A stretch of 64,000 nt of DNA from an uncultured Gemmatimonadales bacterium (GCA_963816355.1 CAWFKH010000001.1:160001-224000), one strand, 5' to 3'. Counted from the first letter of the stretch, positions 1 to 9,823 are shown. The notes: generated by a model from the letters alone, not told the origin. Numbers and translations: made by a program.

Positions 1-41
1 CGCATCACCCCTTTCCCCTGATCCCACCACGGAGGACGACG

Positions 42-809
42 ATGGCGGACGTGATCGACTACGAGATCCTCGGCGGAGACCTGCAGGCGGTCGAGATCGA
101 GCTCGACCCCGGCGAGGGCGTGCGCGCCGAGGTCGGCGCGATGCTCTACATGCAGGATGGGATCGAGATGCAGACGTCCACCGGCGGCGGCGTCTTCAAG
201 GGGTTCAAACGGATGGTGAGCGGCTCCGGGTTCTTCATCACCACCTTCCTCAACACCGCCTCCGCGAAACGCCGCGTCAGCTTCGCCGCGCCCTACCCGG
301 GGCGCATCGTGCCGCTCCCGATGGCCGAGTACGGCAACACGTTCATCTGCCAGAAGGACGCGTTCCTCTGCGCCGCCGCGGGCATCGACATCGACATCGC
401 CTTCACGAAGCGCATCGGCGCGGGTCTCTTCGGCGGCGAGGGCTTCATCCTCCAGAGGCTGCACGGCGACGGGCTCGCCTTCGTCCACGCGGGCGGCACC
501 GTCGTGCACAAGCAGCTCGCACCCGGCGAGCTGCTGCGCGTCGACACCGGCTGCCTCGTCGGCTTCGAGACCAGCGTCGACTACGACATCCAGTTCGTCG
601 GCGGCTTCAGCAACGCCCTCTTCGGCGGCGAAGGCCTCTTCCTCGTCCGCCTCACCGGTCCCGGCCGCGTGCTGCTCCAGACGCTGCCGTTCTCGCGGCT
701 CGCCGACCGCGTCGTCGCCGCCGCGCGCTTCCACAAGCGCGGCGAGGAGAAGGGCGTCGGCGGGATCGGCGGCGCGATCCTCGGCGGCATCCTGCAGGGG
801 GACCGCTGA
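42..809 (+). CDS. TIGR00266/AIM24 family protein
   Basis: GGAGG RBS; motifs EIELDPGEGVRAEVGAM, FAAPYPG, CQKDAFLCAA, GLFGGEGF, VDTGCLVGF, GPGRVLLQTLPFSRLA. Confidence 0.9.
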   Translation: MADVIDYEILGGDLQAVEIELDPGEGVRAEVGAMLYMQDGIEMQTSTGGGVFKGFKRMVSGSGFFITTFLNTASAKRRVSFAAPYPGRIVPLPMAEYGNTFICQKDAFLCAAAGIDIDIAFTKRIGAGLFGGEGFILQRLHGDGLAFVHAGGTVVHKQLAPGELLRVDTGCLVGFETSVDYDIQFVGGFSNALFGGEGLFLVRLTGPGRVLLQTLPFSRLADRVVAAARFHKRGEEKGVGGIGGAILGGILQGDR

Positions 810-923
810 GCCGGCCGTCGCGGGCGCTCGGCGCCGCCCGCCCGGCCGCGGGCATGGACCCTGCACGGTAGAAGGTCGATGGCCGGCCATCCGGGCCGGT
901 CGCGAGTCCGTCCAGGAGGCCGA

Positions 924-1796
924 ATGCCCGAGCGCGACCGCCGCGCCAGCGACCGACGTCCCACCGGACATGCCACCGATGGATCCGCGCGCCCGCCCTA
1001 CGAGCGGCGCGCGGACGACACCGGCGGCGCCACCACCGGAGCCCCGGCGGAGCGGAAAGCCGGCGGCGCGAGCGGGGGCGGCGACGGCGCGGAGACGAAG
1101 TCGTATGGCGGGCCCGAGCGCCGCTCGCCGCGCACGCGGCCATCGGAGCGACGTCGCTGGCGCCAGCTCCTCAACCGCTGGAAGGAGCCGATCATCGGCC
1201 TCACCGTCGCCGGCGCCGCCGCCCCCCTGATCCACGCCGCCCGCCCCGGACGCGGGGCCGCAGCCCCCGCGCGCCCGCTGCCCGGCCAGCGGGCGGACAC
1301 CCTGAGCGGCGAGGCCACCCCCACCGCGCAGTATACCGTAGCCCAGGAATGGCGCAGAGCCGCCGAACGCCGCATGCGCGAGCTCACCATCGCCGGCGCC
1401 GTCGCCCATTACGACATCAGCCAGTCCCTCGCCCGCAAGATCTTCGACGCCGCCGTGCAGGAAGGCATCGAGCCCGACCTTGGATACGGCCTCGTGAATA
1501 CGGAGAGCACGTTCCGCCACGACGCCGTCAGCAGCGTCGGCGCGCGCGGTCTCACGCAGCTCATGCCCCGCACCGCGCGGTGGATCCTCGGCACCCGCAA
1601 CACGCCCGACCTCTTCGACGCCGACCTCAACCTGCGCGCCGGTTTCCGTTATCTTCGCCACCTGATCGACCGCTATCACGGGAACATCCGGCTCGCGCTT
1701 ACGGCTTACAACCGCGGACCCGGCACCGTGAACCGGATCCTGGAGCGCGGGGGCGACCCCGACAACGGCTACGCCGCCCGCGTCCTCGACGAATGA
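924..1796 (+). CDS. Lytic transglycosylase (SLT domain) with disordered N-terminus and TM/signal segment
   Basis: AGGAGG before ATG 924; catalytic ES (NTESTF), AVSSVGARGLTQLMP and AYNRGPG motifs. Confidence 0.85.
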   Translation: MPERDRRASDRRPTGHATDGSARPPYERRADDTGGATTGAPAERKAGGASGGGDGAETKSYGGPERRSPRTRPSERRRWRQLLNRWKEPIIGLTVAGAAAPLIHAARPGRGAAAPARPLPGQRADTLSGEATPTAQYTVAQEWRRAAERRMRELTIAGAVAHYDISQSLARKIFDAAVQEGIEPDLGYGLVNTESTFRHDAVSSVGARGLTQLMPRTARWILGTRNTPDLFDADLNLRAGFRYLRHLIDRYHGNIRLALTAYNRGPGTVNRILERGGDPDNGYAARVLDE

Positions 1797-1828
1797 GGCG
1801 TAACGTCACCACACGAGAGGAGCATCCG

Positions 1829-2275
1829 ATGGCAGGCACGAAGCGCACGGCGAGCGCCGTCTGGGAAGGGAGTCTCATGGAGGGGAAGGGGCGCGTCCGG
1901 CCCGCCAGCGGCGCCTTCCCCGAAATCCAGGTCACCTGGGCCGCCCGCACCGGCGACGACCACGCCCGCACCAGCCCCGAGGAGCTCCTCGCCGCCGCCC
2001 ACGCCGCATGCTTCTGCATGGCGCTCTCGCACGGCCTCGCCCAGGCCGGAAACGCGCCGCGTCGCCTCGAAACCGACGCCACCTGCTCCTTCCAGCCGAA
2101 GCCCGAAGGCGGCGGCTTCCGCATCGCCAGCATGGCGCTCCACGTGCGCGGTGACGTCCCCGGCCTCGACGCCGACGCCTTCCGCGAAGCGGCTCGGAAC
2201 GCCGGCCGCAACTGCCCCGTCTCCGGCGCGCTTAGCGGCAACGTCGACATCAGCGTCGAAGCCGAGCTCGCCTGA
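1829..2275 (+). CDS. osmC: OsmC family peroxiredoxin
   Basis: GAGGAG RBS; TASAVWEG, SPEELLAAAHAACFCMALS, CPVS. Confidence 0.9.
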   Translation: MAGTKRTASAVWEGSLMEGKGRVRPASGAFPEIQVTWAARTGDDHARTSPEELLAAAHAACFCMALSHGLAQAGNAPRRLETDATCSFQPKPEGGGFRIASMALHVRGDVPGLDADAFREAARNAGRNCPVSGALSGNVDISVEAELA

Positions 2276-2302
2276 ATCGCCGCGCGACCGCCAGACGAGA
2301 AG

Positions 2303-2345
2303 AAGGGGCCGGAGCCGCGCTTTCGCCGCGGTTCCGACCCCCTTT
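2303..2345. terminator. Probable bidirectional intrinsic terminator between convergent osmC and sigma genes
   Basis: Imperfect inverted repeat AAGGGGCCGGAGCCGCG...CGCGGTTCCGACCCCCTTT. Confidence 0.6.
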
Positions 2346-2374
2346 GACTCGTCTCGGCCCTGTCTCTCGGCCCG

Positions 2375-3001
2375 CTAGTTGAGGAGCGGCTCGATCCGCT
2401 CCGCGAAGCTCGTGCGCGCCCGGTGCAGCCGGCTCTTCACGGTGCCCAGGTTCACGCCCGTGATCTCCGCGATCTCCTCGTAGCTCTTCCCCTCCAGCTC
2501 GCGTAGACGGAAGACGAGCTGATGATGCTCCGGCAGCTCCTTCACCGTCTCCTCCACGATCTCCTGCAGGTACCGCTTCGTGTACATGCGGTCCGGCGTC
2601 TGCGTGCTGTCCTCGAACTGCAGCGGCCGATGCTCCGGCTCCCAGTGCGTCGTCAGCTTCTGGAACAGCACCAGCGGATTCCGCGAGCGGTTCCGCAGCT
2701 CGTTCTTCGACAGGTTCGAGCAGATCGTATAGATCCACGTCGAGAACTTCTTGCTCTGGTCGAAGCAATGCAGATGCCGCGTCACCCGGATGAACGCCTC
2801 CTGCACCAGGTCCTCCGCCCGGTCACGGTCCCCCATCTTCCTCGTGATGAAGTAGACCAGCTTGTCGTGGTACCGGTCGTACAACTCCGTGAAGGCACCC
2901 GGGCGGCCCGCCAGATGCGCCGCGACCAGCTCCGAATCCGTCATCGCAGGAGGTGGAGTCCGGTCGACCGTGTTGCGCGTCGTCACCACCTTCGTAGCCA
3001 T
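2375..3001 (-). CDS. ECF RNA polymerase sigma-70 factor
   Basis: Region 2 (AEDLVQEAFIR, KFSTWIYTI) and region 4 (GKSYEEIAEITGVNLGTVKSRLHRAR). Confidence 0.92.
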   Translation of the reverse strand: MATKVVTTRNTVDRTPPPAMTDSELVAAHLAGRPGAFTELYDRYHDKLVYFITRKMGDRDRAEDLVQEAFIRVTRHLHCFDQSKKFSTWIYTICSNLSKNELRNRSRNPLVLFQKLTTHWEPEHRPLQFEDSTQTPDRMYTKRYLQEIVEETVKELPEHHQLVFRLRELEGKSYEEIAEITGVNLGTVKSRLHRARTSFAERIEPLLN

Positions 3002-3139
3002 GCACTCTCCCTTTCCGGCAGCGAAGGGGGGTGTCCGTCCGCAGCGGGCACCCCCTCCACCTGAATCAGTCCCAATCGAAAAGAAGCGTCGGAAACCCGT
3101 CGCTTCTCTCTCGCCCTCGTCTCGACCCCTTACCTTCGT

Positions 3140-3168
3140 AATCTAACGGAAAAGCGGCCCGGATTCAA
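3140..3168 (-). promoter_or_regulatory. Sigma70-type promoter for the ECF sigma gene
   Basis: Minus strand TTGAAT-17 nt-TAGATT in an AT-richer intergenic region. Confidence 0.6.
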
Positions 3169-3265
3169 GGGCTAAGCCCCCGATTTTTCTAAGTTTCCAA
3201 TACGCATTGAAACGCCTGCGGTTTCACGGTTTACGGGTTTTGTACGGGCCGCCGCGGCACCCCGA

Positions 3266-3784
3266 TCACTCCGTCGGGATCAGCATCATGGTGAGCTGGC
3301 GGCCGTCGACGTGACGGCTGCGGGTCTCGACGCTGGCGATGTCGTCGAGGCCGGAGGCGACCTCGTCGAGCACGTCCTGACCGAGCTCGGGCCGGCGCAG
3401 CTCGCGGCGGCGGAAGCGGACGGTGACCTTGACCTTCTTGCCCTTCTTCAGGAAGCGGCGAGCGTTGCGGACCTTGAAGTCGAGATCGTGGGTGTCCGTC
3501 TTGGGGCGCAGCTTGACCTCCTTGATCTCGACGGTGTGCTGCTTCTTCTTCGCCTCCTTGGCGCGCTTCTGCTGCTCATACTGGAACTTGCCCCAGTCCA
3601 TGATGCGGACGACGGGCGGGCGGGCGCGGGGGGCGACTTCGACGAGGTCGAGGCCGGCGTCGGTGGCGCGTTCGCGGGCCTGGTCGAGAGAGACGATGCC
3701 GACCTGTTCACCTTCGGCATCGATGAGGCGGATGGGGCTGATGCGGATGTCGTCGTTAACGCGGGTCCGGGGATTTGCGATGAT
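3266..3784 (-). CDS. infC: Translation initiation factor IF-3 with non-canonical ATC start
   Basis: RVNDDIR, GLDLVEVAP, PPVVRIMDWGKFQYE, KEVKLRPK; GGAGGAGGAGAC followed by ATC ATC (start 3784 or 3781), no ATG/GTG/TTG at the expected N-terminus. Confidence 0.93.
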   Translation of the reverse strand: MIANPRTRVNDDIRISPIRLIDAEGEQVGIVSLDQARERATDAGLDLVEVAPRARPPVVRIMDWGKFQYEQQKRAKEAKKKQHTVEIKEVKLRPKTDTHDLDFKVRNARRFLKKGKKVKVTVRFRRRELRRPELGQDVLDEVASGLDDIASVETRSRHVDGRQLTMMLIPTE

Positions 3785-3908
3785 GTCTCCTCCTCCAGGG
3801 GGAAAGCCGGCGGAACCCGGCGCGAACGGGCTCCGATGGGACCATACGTATCTACCGCGCGAGCGCTCCCCGGTTCCGGCGGAGCGGCGGAGGGGGCGTT
3901 GCCCCTCG

Positions 3909-5063
3909 CTACTCGACGCGGGTGTGGATGCGGATGCCGCGCTTCTCCAGCTCGGCGACGTAGCGCTCGGCGGGGACGCACCGGTCCGGCGTGCAGACGC
4001 CGCGGGCGTCGATCTCGCCGGCGGCCTGGAGCTGACCGGTGATGGCGAGGGAGAAGCCGGTGGTGCGCTCCATCGCGCTGATGCCGGTTTCCGGGTCGTG
4101 GTAGTCGAGCAGGTCGCTGACGATGCGGCGTCGCGCGCCATCGGCGGTGGTGCCGGCGACCTCGACGCGGAGGGCGACGAGGTCGTCACCGGGTGCATTG
4201 CGGAGGATCGGGTCGACGACGGCGATGAAGAGGTCGCGCGGCGCTACGCTGGCGCCGGCGACGTCGACCGGCTCCTGGGCCAGGAGGCCGATGTCCCGGA
4301 TCGTGCGCATCTTCTCCGCGTGTCCGGGATAGCGGAGCGTCTTGTACTCCATCTGGGGGACGCGGCCCTCGAACGTCCAGGGCATGATGGAGAGACCGCC
4401 CGCGGTGTGGAACGCCTCGAGGGTACCGACCGGCTGCGGGAACTCGATCGGCTCGACCTCGCTGAGCGGCTCGACCTGGCGGCGCTGACCGTCGCGGACG
4501 ATCCAGGAGGGCGTCGTGTAGTAGTCGAGGACCCCCTCGAGGGAGTAGACGATCTTGTATCCGAGCGGCGGCTGCGGCTCCTGCGGCAACCCGCCGACGC
4601 GGATCTTCACGCTCTCGGTGCGCGCCAGCTCGCGGATGCCCGCGGCGGCGAGAATGTTGACCATGCCGGGCGCGAGACCGCAGTCCGGGATCGCCGAAAC
4701 CCCGGCCGCGCGCGCGCGCTCGTCCAGCTCCAGCTGCTCGAAGACGATCTCGGTGTTGCCGCCGAGGTCGCAGTAGTGAGCGCCGGCGTCGATCGCGAGG
4801 CGCGTGATGTCGAGGTTGAAGTAGTAGGGCAGCGCGTTCATGCACGCGTCCGCGCCCTGCAGTGCGCGCCGCACGGCGTCGGCGTCCTGTGCATCGAGCG
4901 TGACCAGGTCGAGGCGCGGGTCGCCGCGAAATCGCTCCAGGAACGGCGGCAGGTCATGGGTCCGCTGGTCGGCCACCCGGACGCGCTCGGCGCCCGTGTG
5001 CTGGAGGAGGTCGTACGCGCAGGCGGAGCCCTGGAGCCCCGCGCCGAGGACCACGAATTTCAT
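3909..5063 (-). CDS. Saccharopine dehydrogenase / lysine 6-dehydrogenase family oxidoreductase
   Basis: VVLGAGLQG Rossmann motif, HYCDLGG, DCGLAPG, VGGLPQ, YKTLRYPGH, AMERTTG. Confidence 0.85.
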   Translation of the reverse strand: MKFVVLGAGLQGSACAYDLLQHTGAERVRVADQRTHDLPPFLERFRGDPRLDLVTLDAQDADAVRRALQGADACMNALPYYFNLDITRLAIDAGAHYCDLGGNTEIVFEQLELDERARAAGVSAIPDCGLAPGMVNILAAAGIRELARTESVKIRVGGLPQEPQPPLGYKIVYSLEGVLDYYTTPSWIVRDGQRRQVEPLSEVEPIEFPQPVGTLEAFHTAGGLSIMPWTFEGRVPQMEYKTLRYPGHAEKMRTIRDIGLLAQEPVDVAGASVAPRDLFIAVVDPILRNAPGDDLVALRVEVAGTTADGARRRIVSDLLDYHDPETGISAMERTTGFSLAITGQLQAAGEIDARGVCTPDRCVPAERYVAELEKRGIRIHTRVE

Positions 5064-5080
5064 GCGGCGGGCGTCTCCCG

Positions 5081-5398
5081 TCAGTCGTTGTCGAGCGCCG
5101 TCAGCAGCGACGTCGTCTTCTGGCGCAGCACGTAGCACGCGCGGCGCACGTGCTGCGCGTCGTCGTATGCGGTGGGGTCGTCGAACTCCTGCAGCGCGTC
5201 GCGCGCATCGCGGCGGATGTCCTCCACGTCGTCGCGGGACTGCACCGCGTCGACGAGAGAATCGAGGACATTGTGGAACCGTATCGCGTGGCGGGAGAGC
5301 ACGTTGCGGTCCATGCGCTCGTTGCGGTCGAGCGCGCCGTAGGCGTCGACCGCGCGCCGGGCATCCTCACGGACGTCGGCGAGTCGATCATCGGGCAT
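5081..5398 (-). CDS. Hypothetical small helical protein (105 aa)
   Basis: GGAGG RBS before MPDDRLAD; host-like codon usage. Confidence 0.6.
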   Translation of the reverse strand: MPDDRLADVREDARRAVDAYGALDRNERMDRNVLSRHAIRFHNVLDSLVDAVQSRDDVEDIRRDARDALQEFDDPTAYDDAQHVRRACYVLRQKTTSLLTALDND

Positions 5399-5485
5399 TC
5401 GTCGTTCCTCCATCCGGTGCACGGGAGCGGCGGGCCGGCCGCCGCCGATCGCAGATGGGGAGAGTGACACGCGGGCAGAGGCGTG

Positions 5486-7918
5486 TCAACACGGCCAGGA
5501 GGACCGCGCCGGGGCCCCGCGCGCGGTGTCGGCTCCGGTCGTGTCGGGCCGCGTCGTGTCCGGCGGCGTGGGACGCGCACGCGTCGTGTCCGGCGGCGGC
5601 GGGCGCGCGCGCGCCGTGTCCGGCGGCGGGGCACGGCGGATCGAGTCGAGGCGCGCGCTGTCGCGCCGCGCGCGCGGCGCGGTGTCCGGGAGCGGCATCG
5701 ACGGCGCCGGTGCCCGCGGCAACGCGCTGTCGGCCCGCGGGTTGCGCGCCCGGTCGGCCGTGTCCCGCCCGGCGCCGAAGATCCGTCGTCTGAAGCGCTC
5801 CCACCAACCATCCTCGGCGGTGTCGGCTCCGAGCGTGTCGCCGTAGACGCCGAGCGTGTCGCCGTAGGCGCCGAAGGTGTCGCCGTAGGCGTAGCCGGGC
5901 CCGGTGCAGGTGGTGGAGAGCGGCGTGGTGCCACGGACGAAGTACTCCTCGTGCACGGGGCCGTACGCCGGGCAGCCCTCGCCGACGACATCGCCCAGCG
6001 TGTCCACGGCGAGCGTCGTCACGCCGGGCGGCGGCGACCACGTGCTGCCGCCGGCGCCGATGCGGCGCATCACGCGGCCCCACACGGGCGCCGCGAGGGC
6101 GCCGCCCGTGGCACCGGGGACGATGGTGGCGGGGTCGTCGAGTCCGATCCAGATGCCGGCGACGAGGCGCGGCGTGTAGCCGACGAACCAGGCGTCGGTG
6201 CCGTCGTTCGTGGTGCCGGTCTTCCCCGCCGCGGCGCCGCGGTAGCCGGTCGCGCGGACGGCGGTGGCGGTACCGCGGTCGACGACGTCCTGCAGCATCG
6301 TAGTGAGGACGAACGCCACGGCGGGGTCGAGCACCGGATCGCGGCGCACCGGCTCCTGCCAGACGAGGCTGCCGTCGGGCCCCTCGACGCGGTCGACGAA
6401 GCGCGGCTCGGGGCGGTCGCCGAGGCTCGCGAACGCGGCGTAGGCGGCGACGAGCTGCAGGAGCGGCACGCCGATCGAGCCGAGCGCAACGGAGGGGTAG
6501 GGCGGCAGCCGCTCGTCGATGCCGAGCGAATGGGCGGTGCCGATGACGTCCTCCAACCCCACGCGCTCGGCGATGCGCACGGTGGCGACGTTCTTCGAGT
6601 GCACGAGCGCCTCGCGCATAGGGATGCGGCCGGAATACACGTTCCCGTAGTTCCTGGGCGCCCAGACGCTGTTGCCCACGCGCAGGCTCAGGGGCGTGTC
6701 CTCGACAGCGAGCGTGGGGGGGTAGCCGCGCGCGAGCGCGGCGGCGTAGACGAACGGCTTGAAAGCGCTGCCCACCTGCCGCCGCGCCTGCAGCGCGCGG
6801 TCGTATTCGGACTGGTCGAAGTCGCGGCCGCCGACGAGCGCGAGGACGCCGCCGTCGCCGGCGTCCAGGACGACGATCGAGCCCTGCAGGTACGGCGTTG
6901 AGCCGGAGCCGACGCTGTCCGCATCGGCATCGTAGCGGGCGTGCGCGTATCGTCCGTAGCGGCCTGCCTCGATCGCGTCCAGCTGCCGCTTCAGCTCCTG
7001 CTCTGCAACGCGCTGGATGTCCAGGTCGAGCGTCGTGTGGATGCGGTAGCCGCCGGTGTAGAGCGCGTCGCCGAACCGATCCTCGAGCCGCTGGCGCACG
7101 GCGTCCATGAAATACGGCGCCGCTTCTTCCCGCGCCGTGCGGCGGCGCGCCAGCTTGAGGTCCTCGTCGCGCGCGGCGCGGGCGCGCTCCCGCGAAATCA
7201 TCCCCTGCGACGCCATCTTCTGCAGCACGAGGTCGCGCCGCTCGCGCGCGCCGTCCGGGTTGCGGCGCGGGTTGTACCTCGCCGGCGCCACCGGCAACGC
7301 CGCCAGCAGCGCCGCCTGCGCGAGCGTGAGCTGCGACGCGGGCTCGCCGAAGTACGCCTCCGCCGCCGCCTCGATCCCCCACGCCCCCGCGCCGAAGTAG
7401 ATCTGGTTCAGGTACATCCCGAGGATCTCGCGCTTGTCGTAGCGATCCTCGATCTGCTGCGCGACGCGCATCTCGCCCAGCTTGCGCCAGATCGTGCGCT
7501 GCGACGCCGGCAGCTTCTCGGGAAAGACGTTGCGCGCGAGCTGCATCGTGATCGTGCTGAAGCCCTGCTCGACGCCACCCGCCTTCAGGTTCGCGAGGAT
7601 CGCGCCCGGCACCCGGCGCCAGTCGACGCCGTGATGCTGCCAGAAGCGCTGATCCTCGATGGCGACGAACGCCTGCGACACGTACCGGGGCAGCGAGTCG
7701 AGCGGCACCACGACGCGCTCGATCCTGTACAGCTTGCCCACCTCGCGGTCCTTCCGGTCGAGCACCACCGACGCCTGGTCGGGAACGTAGCCCGCCAGAG
7801 ATCCCACGTCCGGACAGCCCCGCAGGCCGCAGCGGAACCAGAGGAAGGCGGCCGCCGCCAGCAGCAGGACCACCAGCAGCAGAACGGCCTTCAGCATGCC
7901 GGATCGTGTGACGCGCAT
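5486..7918 (-). CDS. Class A penicillin-binding protein (PBP1A family) with Pro/Asp/Thr-rich C-terminal tail
   Basis: TM anchor; transglycosylase motifs EDQRFWQHHG, GFSTITMQLARN, RKLGE, YLNQIYFG; transpeptidase motifs SAFK, SKN, KTG. Confidence 0.92.
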   Translation of the reverse strand: MRVTRSGMLKAVLLLVVLLLAAAAFLWFRCGLRGCPDVGSLAGYVPDQASVVLDRKDREVGKLYRIERVVVPLDSLPRYVSQAFVAIEDQRFWQHHGVDWRRVPGAILANLKAGGVEQGFSTITMQLARNVFPEKLPASQRTIWRKLGEMRVAQQIEDRYDKREILGMYLNQIYFGAGAWGIEAAAEAYFGEPASQLTLAQAALLAALPVAPARYNPRRNPDGARERRDLVLQKMASQGMISRERARAARDEDLKLARRRTAREEAAPYFMDAVRQRLEDRFGDALYTGGYRIHTTLDLDIQRVAEQELKRQLDAIEAGRYGRYAHARYDADADSVGSGSTPYLQGSIVVLDAGDGGVLALVGGRDFDQSEYDRALQARRQVGSAFKPFVYAAALARGYPPTLAVEDTPLSLRVGNSVWAPRNYGNVYSGRIPMREALVHSKNVATVRIAERVGLEDVIGTAHSLGIDERLPPYPSVALGSIGVPLLQLVAAYAAFASLGDRPEPRFVDRVEGPDGSLVWQEPVRRDPVLDPAVAFVLTTMLQDVVDRGTATAVRATGYRGAAAGKTGTTNDGTDAWFVGYTPRLVAGIWIGLDDPATIVPGATGGALAAPVWGRVMRRIGAGGSTWSPPPGVTTLAVDTLGDVVGEGCPAYGPVHEEYFVRGTTPLSTTCTGPGYAYGDTFGAYGDTLGVYGDTLGADTAEDGWWERFRRRIFGAGRDTADRARNPRADSALPRAPAPSMPLPDTAPRARRDSARLDSIRRAPPPDTARARPPPPDTTRARPTPPDTTRPDTTGADTARGAPARSSWPC

Positions 7919-8148
7919 CGCCCTTCCCGGTCGGCGTTCGGTGTGAGCCTCCTCCGCGCTCGGAAGGGGCAAGTCCGGGGCCACGCCGGCCGCCTCCGCG
8001 CCGCACCCGATCCGGCGCCGGCGCACCGCCCGCGCCTCGCTTTCCGCCCCCTCGGCCGCCGGCGGCCGCCGCGCCGGGAGCGCCGGTTGACCGCGCGACG
8101 CAGCGCGGGGTATCATGGCTCGAACGAGCGTTCGAACCGGGAGACGCC

Positions 8149-9096
8149 ATGGCGCGGATGAGTGAAGACGAGCTGAAGCGGAAGGTGCAGGACGGTTACG
8201 TCCTCGAGTCGCCGGACGAGATGACCGAGGGCTACCGTGCGGCGCTGATGGTCCAGCTCATGGTGCAGGGGGACACCGAATTGATGAGCGCGCCGGCGTA
8301 CTGGGGCGCCGCGCAGGACGCGCCCTCGACGAACACGATGGTGTCGGCGGTCGCGATCATCCAGGACGAGATGGCGCACGCGAACATCGCGTATCGCATC
8401 CTGGAGGACATGGGCGTCGACAAGGAGTGGCTGGTGTACGGCCGCGAACCGCACGAGTTCAAGCACCCCTACGGTTTCGACCAGCCGCTGGAGAACTGGG
8501 CGGAGCTGGTGGTGGCGAACGGCTTCTTCGACCGCGCCGGGATCACGCTGCTCTCGGACGTCTACCGCAACACGAGCTACGGTCCACTGAAGCGGGCGCT
8601 CGTGAAGGTGGACCTGGAGGAGACGTTCCACCTCCGCCACGGCGAGGTGTGGATGAAGCGCCTGTGCCAGGCGGGCGGGGAGGCGAAGGAGCGCGTGCAG
8701 CGGGCGGTCGACTGGATGTTCCCGATGACGGTCGAGTGGTTCGGCCTGCCGGACGCGATGAAGCGCCACAGCGGCCAGCTCGAGTACCGGCTGAAGGGAA
8801 TGACGAACGACGAGCTGCGCCAGGCGTGGCTCTCGGCGACCGTGCCGCTCTGCGAGTCGCTCGACCTGCGCGCGCCCGCGCACCACGACGCCGCGACCGA
8901 CGCCTACGTGCTCGACTTCCCCTTTCCCTGCGAATACGACGCGGCGTCCAAGCGGTGGGACTTCGAGGGCGGCGAGATCACGTGGGACCAGGTGTTCGAG
9001 CGCTGGAAGCGGCGCGGCCCGATGAACGAGAGCTACGTCGAGTCCGTGCGGCGCAGCCACGGCTCCGTGCGCGAGCTGATGCAGGCGGTCGCGTGA
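8149..9096 (+). CDS. PaaA-like di-iron (ferritin-like) acyl-CoA epoxidase subunit, divergent
   Basis: GDTE, QDEMAH and EETFH iron-ligand motifs; SYGPLKRAL; WKRRGP near the C-terminus. Confidence 0.8.
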   Translation: MARMSEDELKRKVQDGYVLESPDEMTEGYRAALMVQLMVQGDTELMSAPAYWGAAQDAPSTNTMVSAVAIIQDEMAHANIAYRILEDMGVDKEWLVYGREPHEFKHPYGFDQPLENWAELVVANGFFDRAGITLLSDVYRNTSYGPLKRALVKVDLEETFHLRHGEVWMKRLCQAGGEAKERVQRAVDWMFPMTVEWFGLPDAMKRHSGQLEYRLKGMTNDELRQAWLSATVPLCESLDLRAPAHHDAATDAYVLDFPFPCEYDAASKRWDFEGGEITWDQVFERWKRRGPMNESYVESVRRSHGSVRELMQAVA

Positions 9097-9590
9097 AGCT
9101 GCCGGTGCTGCCGACGACGCCGGCCGAGCGCATCCGCCGCGCGGCGCGGGACACGCGGCGGGGCGGCGTCCTGGCCGCAGACGGCGGCTGGTCCGCCGGT
9201 GGCGAGGGGGAAGACGCCGCGCGCGCGGCGTCGGGCGCGTCCGGCGAAGCGTCCGCGGGCGCCGCTCCGGTCGCCGTCGCCTATCCGGCGACGCCGCTGT
9301 GGAACGCATTGCGCGACGTGATGGACCCGGAGCTGCCGGTGAGCGTGGTGGACCTGGGCCTGATCGTGGACGTGCGGCGGCGCGAAGGCACGGTCGAGGT
9401 GGACCTCACCTACACGGCGATGGCGTGCCCTTGCGCGGCCTTCATCCGCGACGACGTGCGGGAGCGGCTGCTGCGTGAGCCGGACGTGGAGAGGGTCGAG
9501 GTGAACGAGGTGTGGGAGCCCGCGTGGACGACGGCGCGGATCAGCGTCGCGGGCCGCGCATCGCTGCGGCGCTGCGGCGTCGCGGCATGA
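9093..9590 (+). CDS. DUF59 / PaaD N-terminal-like metal-sulfur cluster assembly factor
   Basis: GTGA overlap with upstream stop; LRDVMDPELPVSVVDLGLI, TAMACP, WEPAWT. Confidence 0.8.
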   Translation: MKLPVLPTTPAERIRRAARDTRRGGVLAADGGWSAGGEGEDAARAASGASGEASAGAAPVAVAYPATPLWNALRDVMDPELPVSVVDLGLIVDVRRREGTVEVDLTYTAMACPCAAFIRDDVRERLLREPDVERVEVNEVWEPAWTTARISVAGRASLRRCGVAA

Positions 9591-9622
9591 GCCGGCTCCG
9601 AGCCGGGCGGAGAGGAACGCAC

Positions 9623-9823
9623 ATGGTCTACGAGGTCTTCGCGCGCAAGAACCGGGGCGAGCCGCTGCGCCACATCGGCAATCTGAACGCCCCCGACGAC
9701 GCGCTCGCGAAAGTGTACGCGTACAACACGTACGACGAGGAGCGCTGGTTCGACATGTGGGTCGTCGCCCGAGATCGGCTGGTCGAGGTCTTCAACGCCG
9801 ACCGCCTCGAGGAGGTCGGCTGA
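9623..9823 (+). CDS. PaaB-like small subunit
   Basis: GAGG RBS; YEVFARK, HIGNLNAPDDALA, MWVV. Confidence 0.75.
   Translation: MVYEVFARKNRGEPLRHIGNLNAPDDALAKVYAYNTYDEERWFDMWVVARDRLVEVFNADRLEEVG

Noticed and set aside
9623..9823. RiPP precursor partnered with a radical SAM enzyme
   Set aside because: No radical SAM gene nearby; position between paa-like genes fits PaaB
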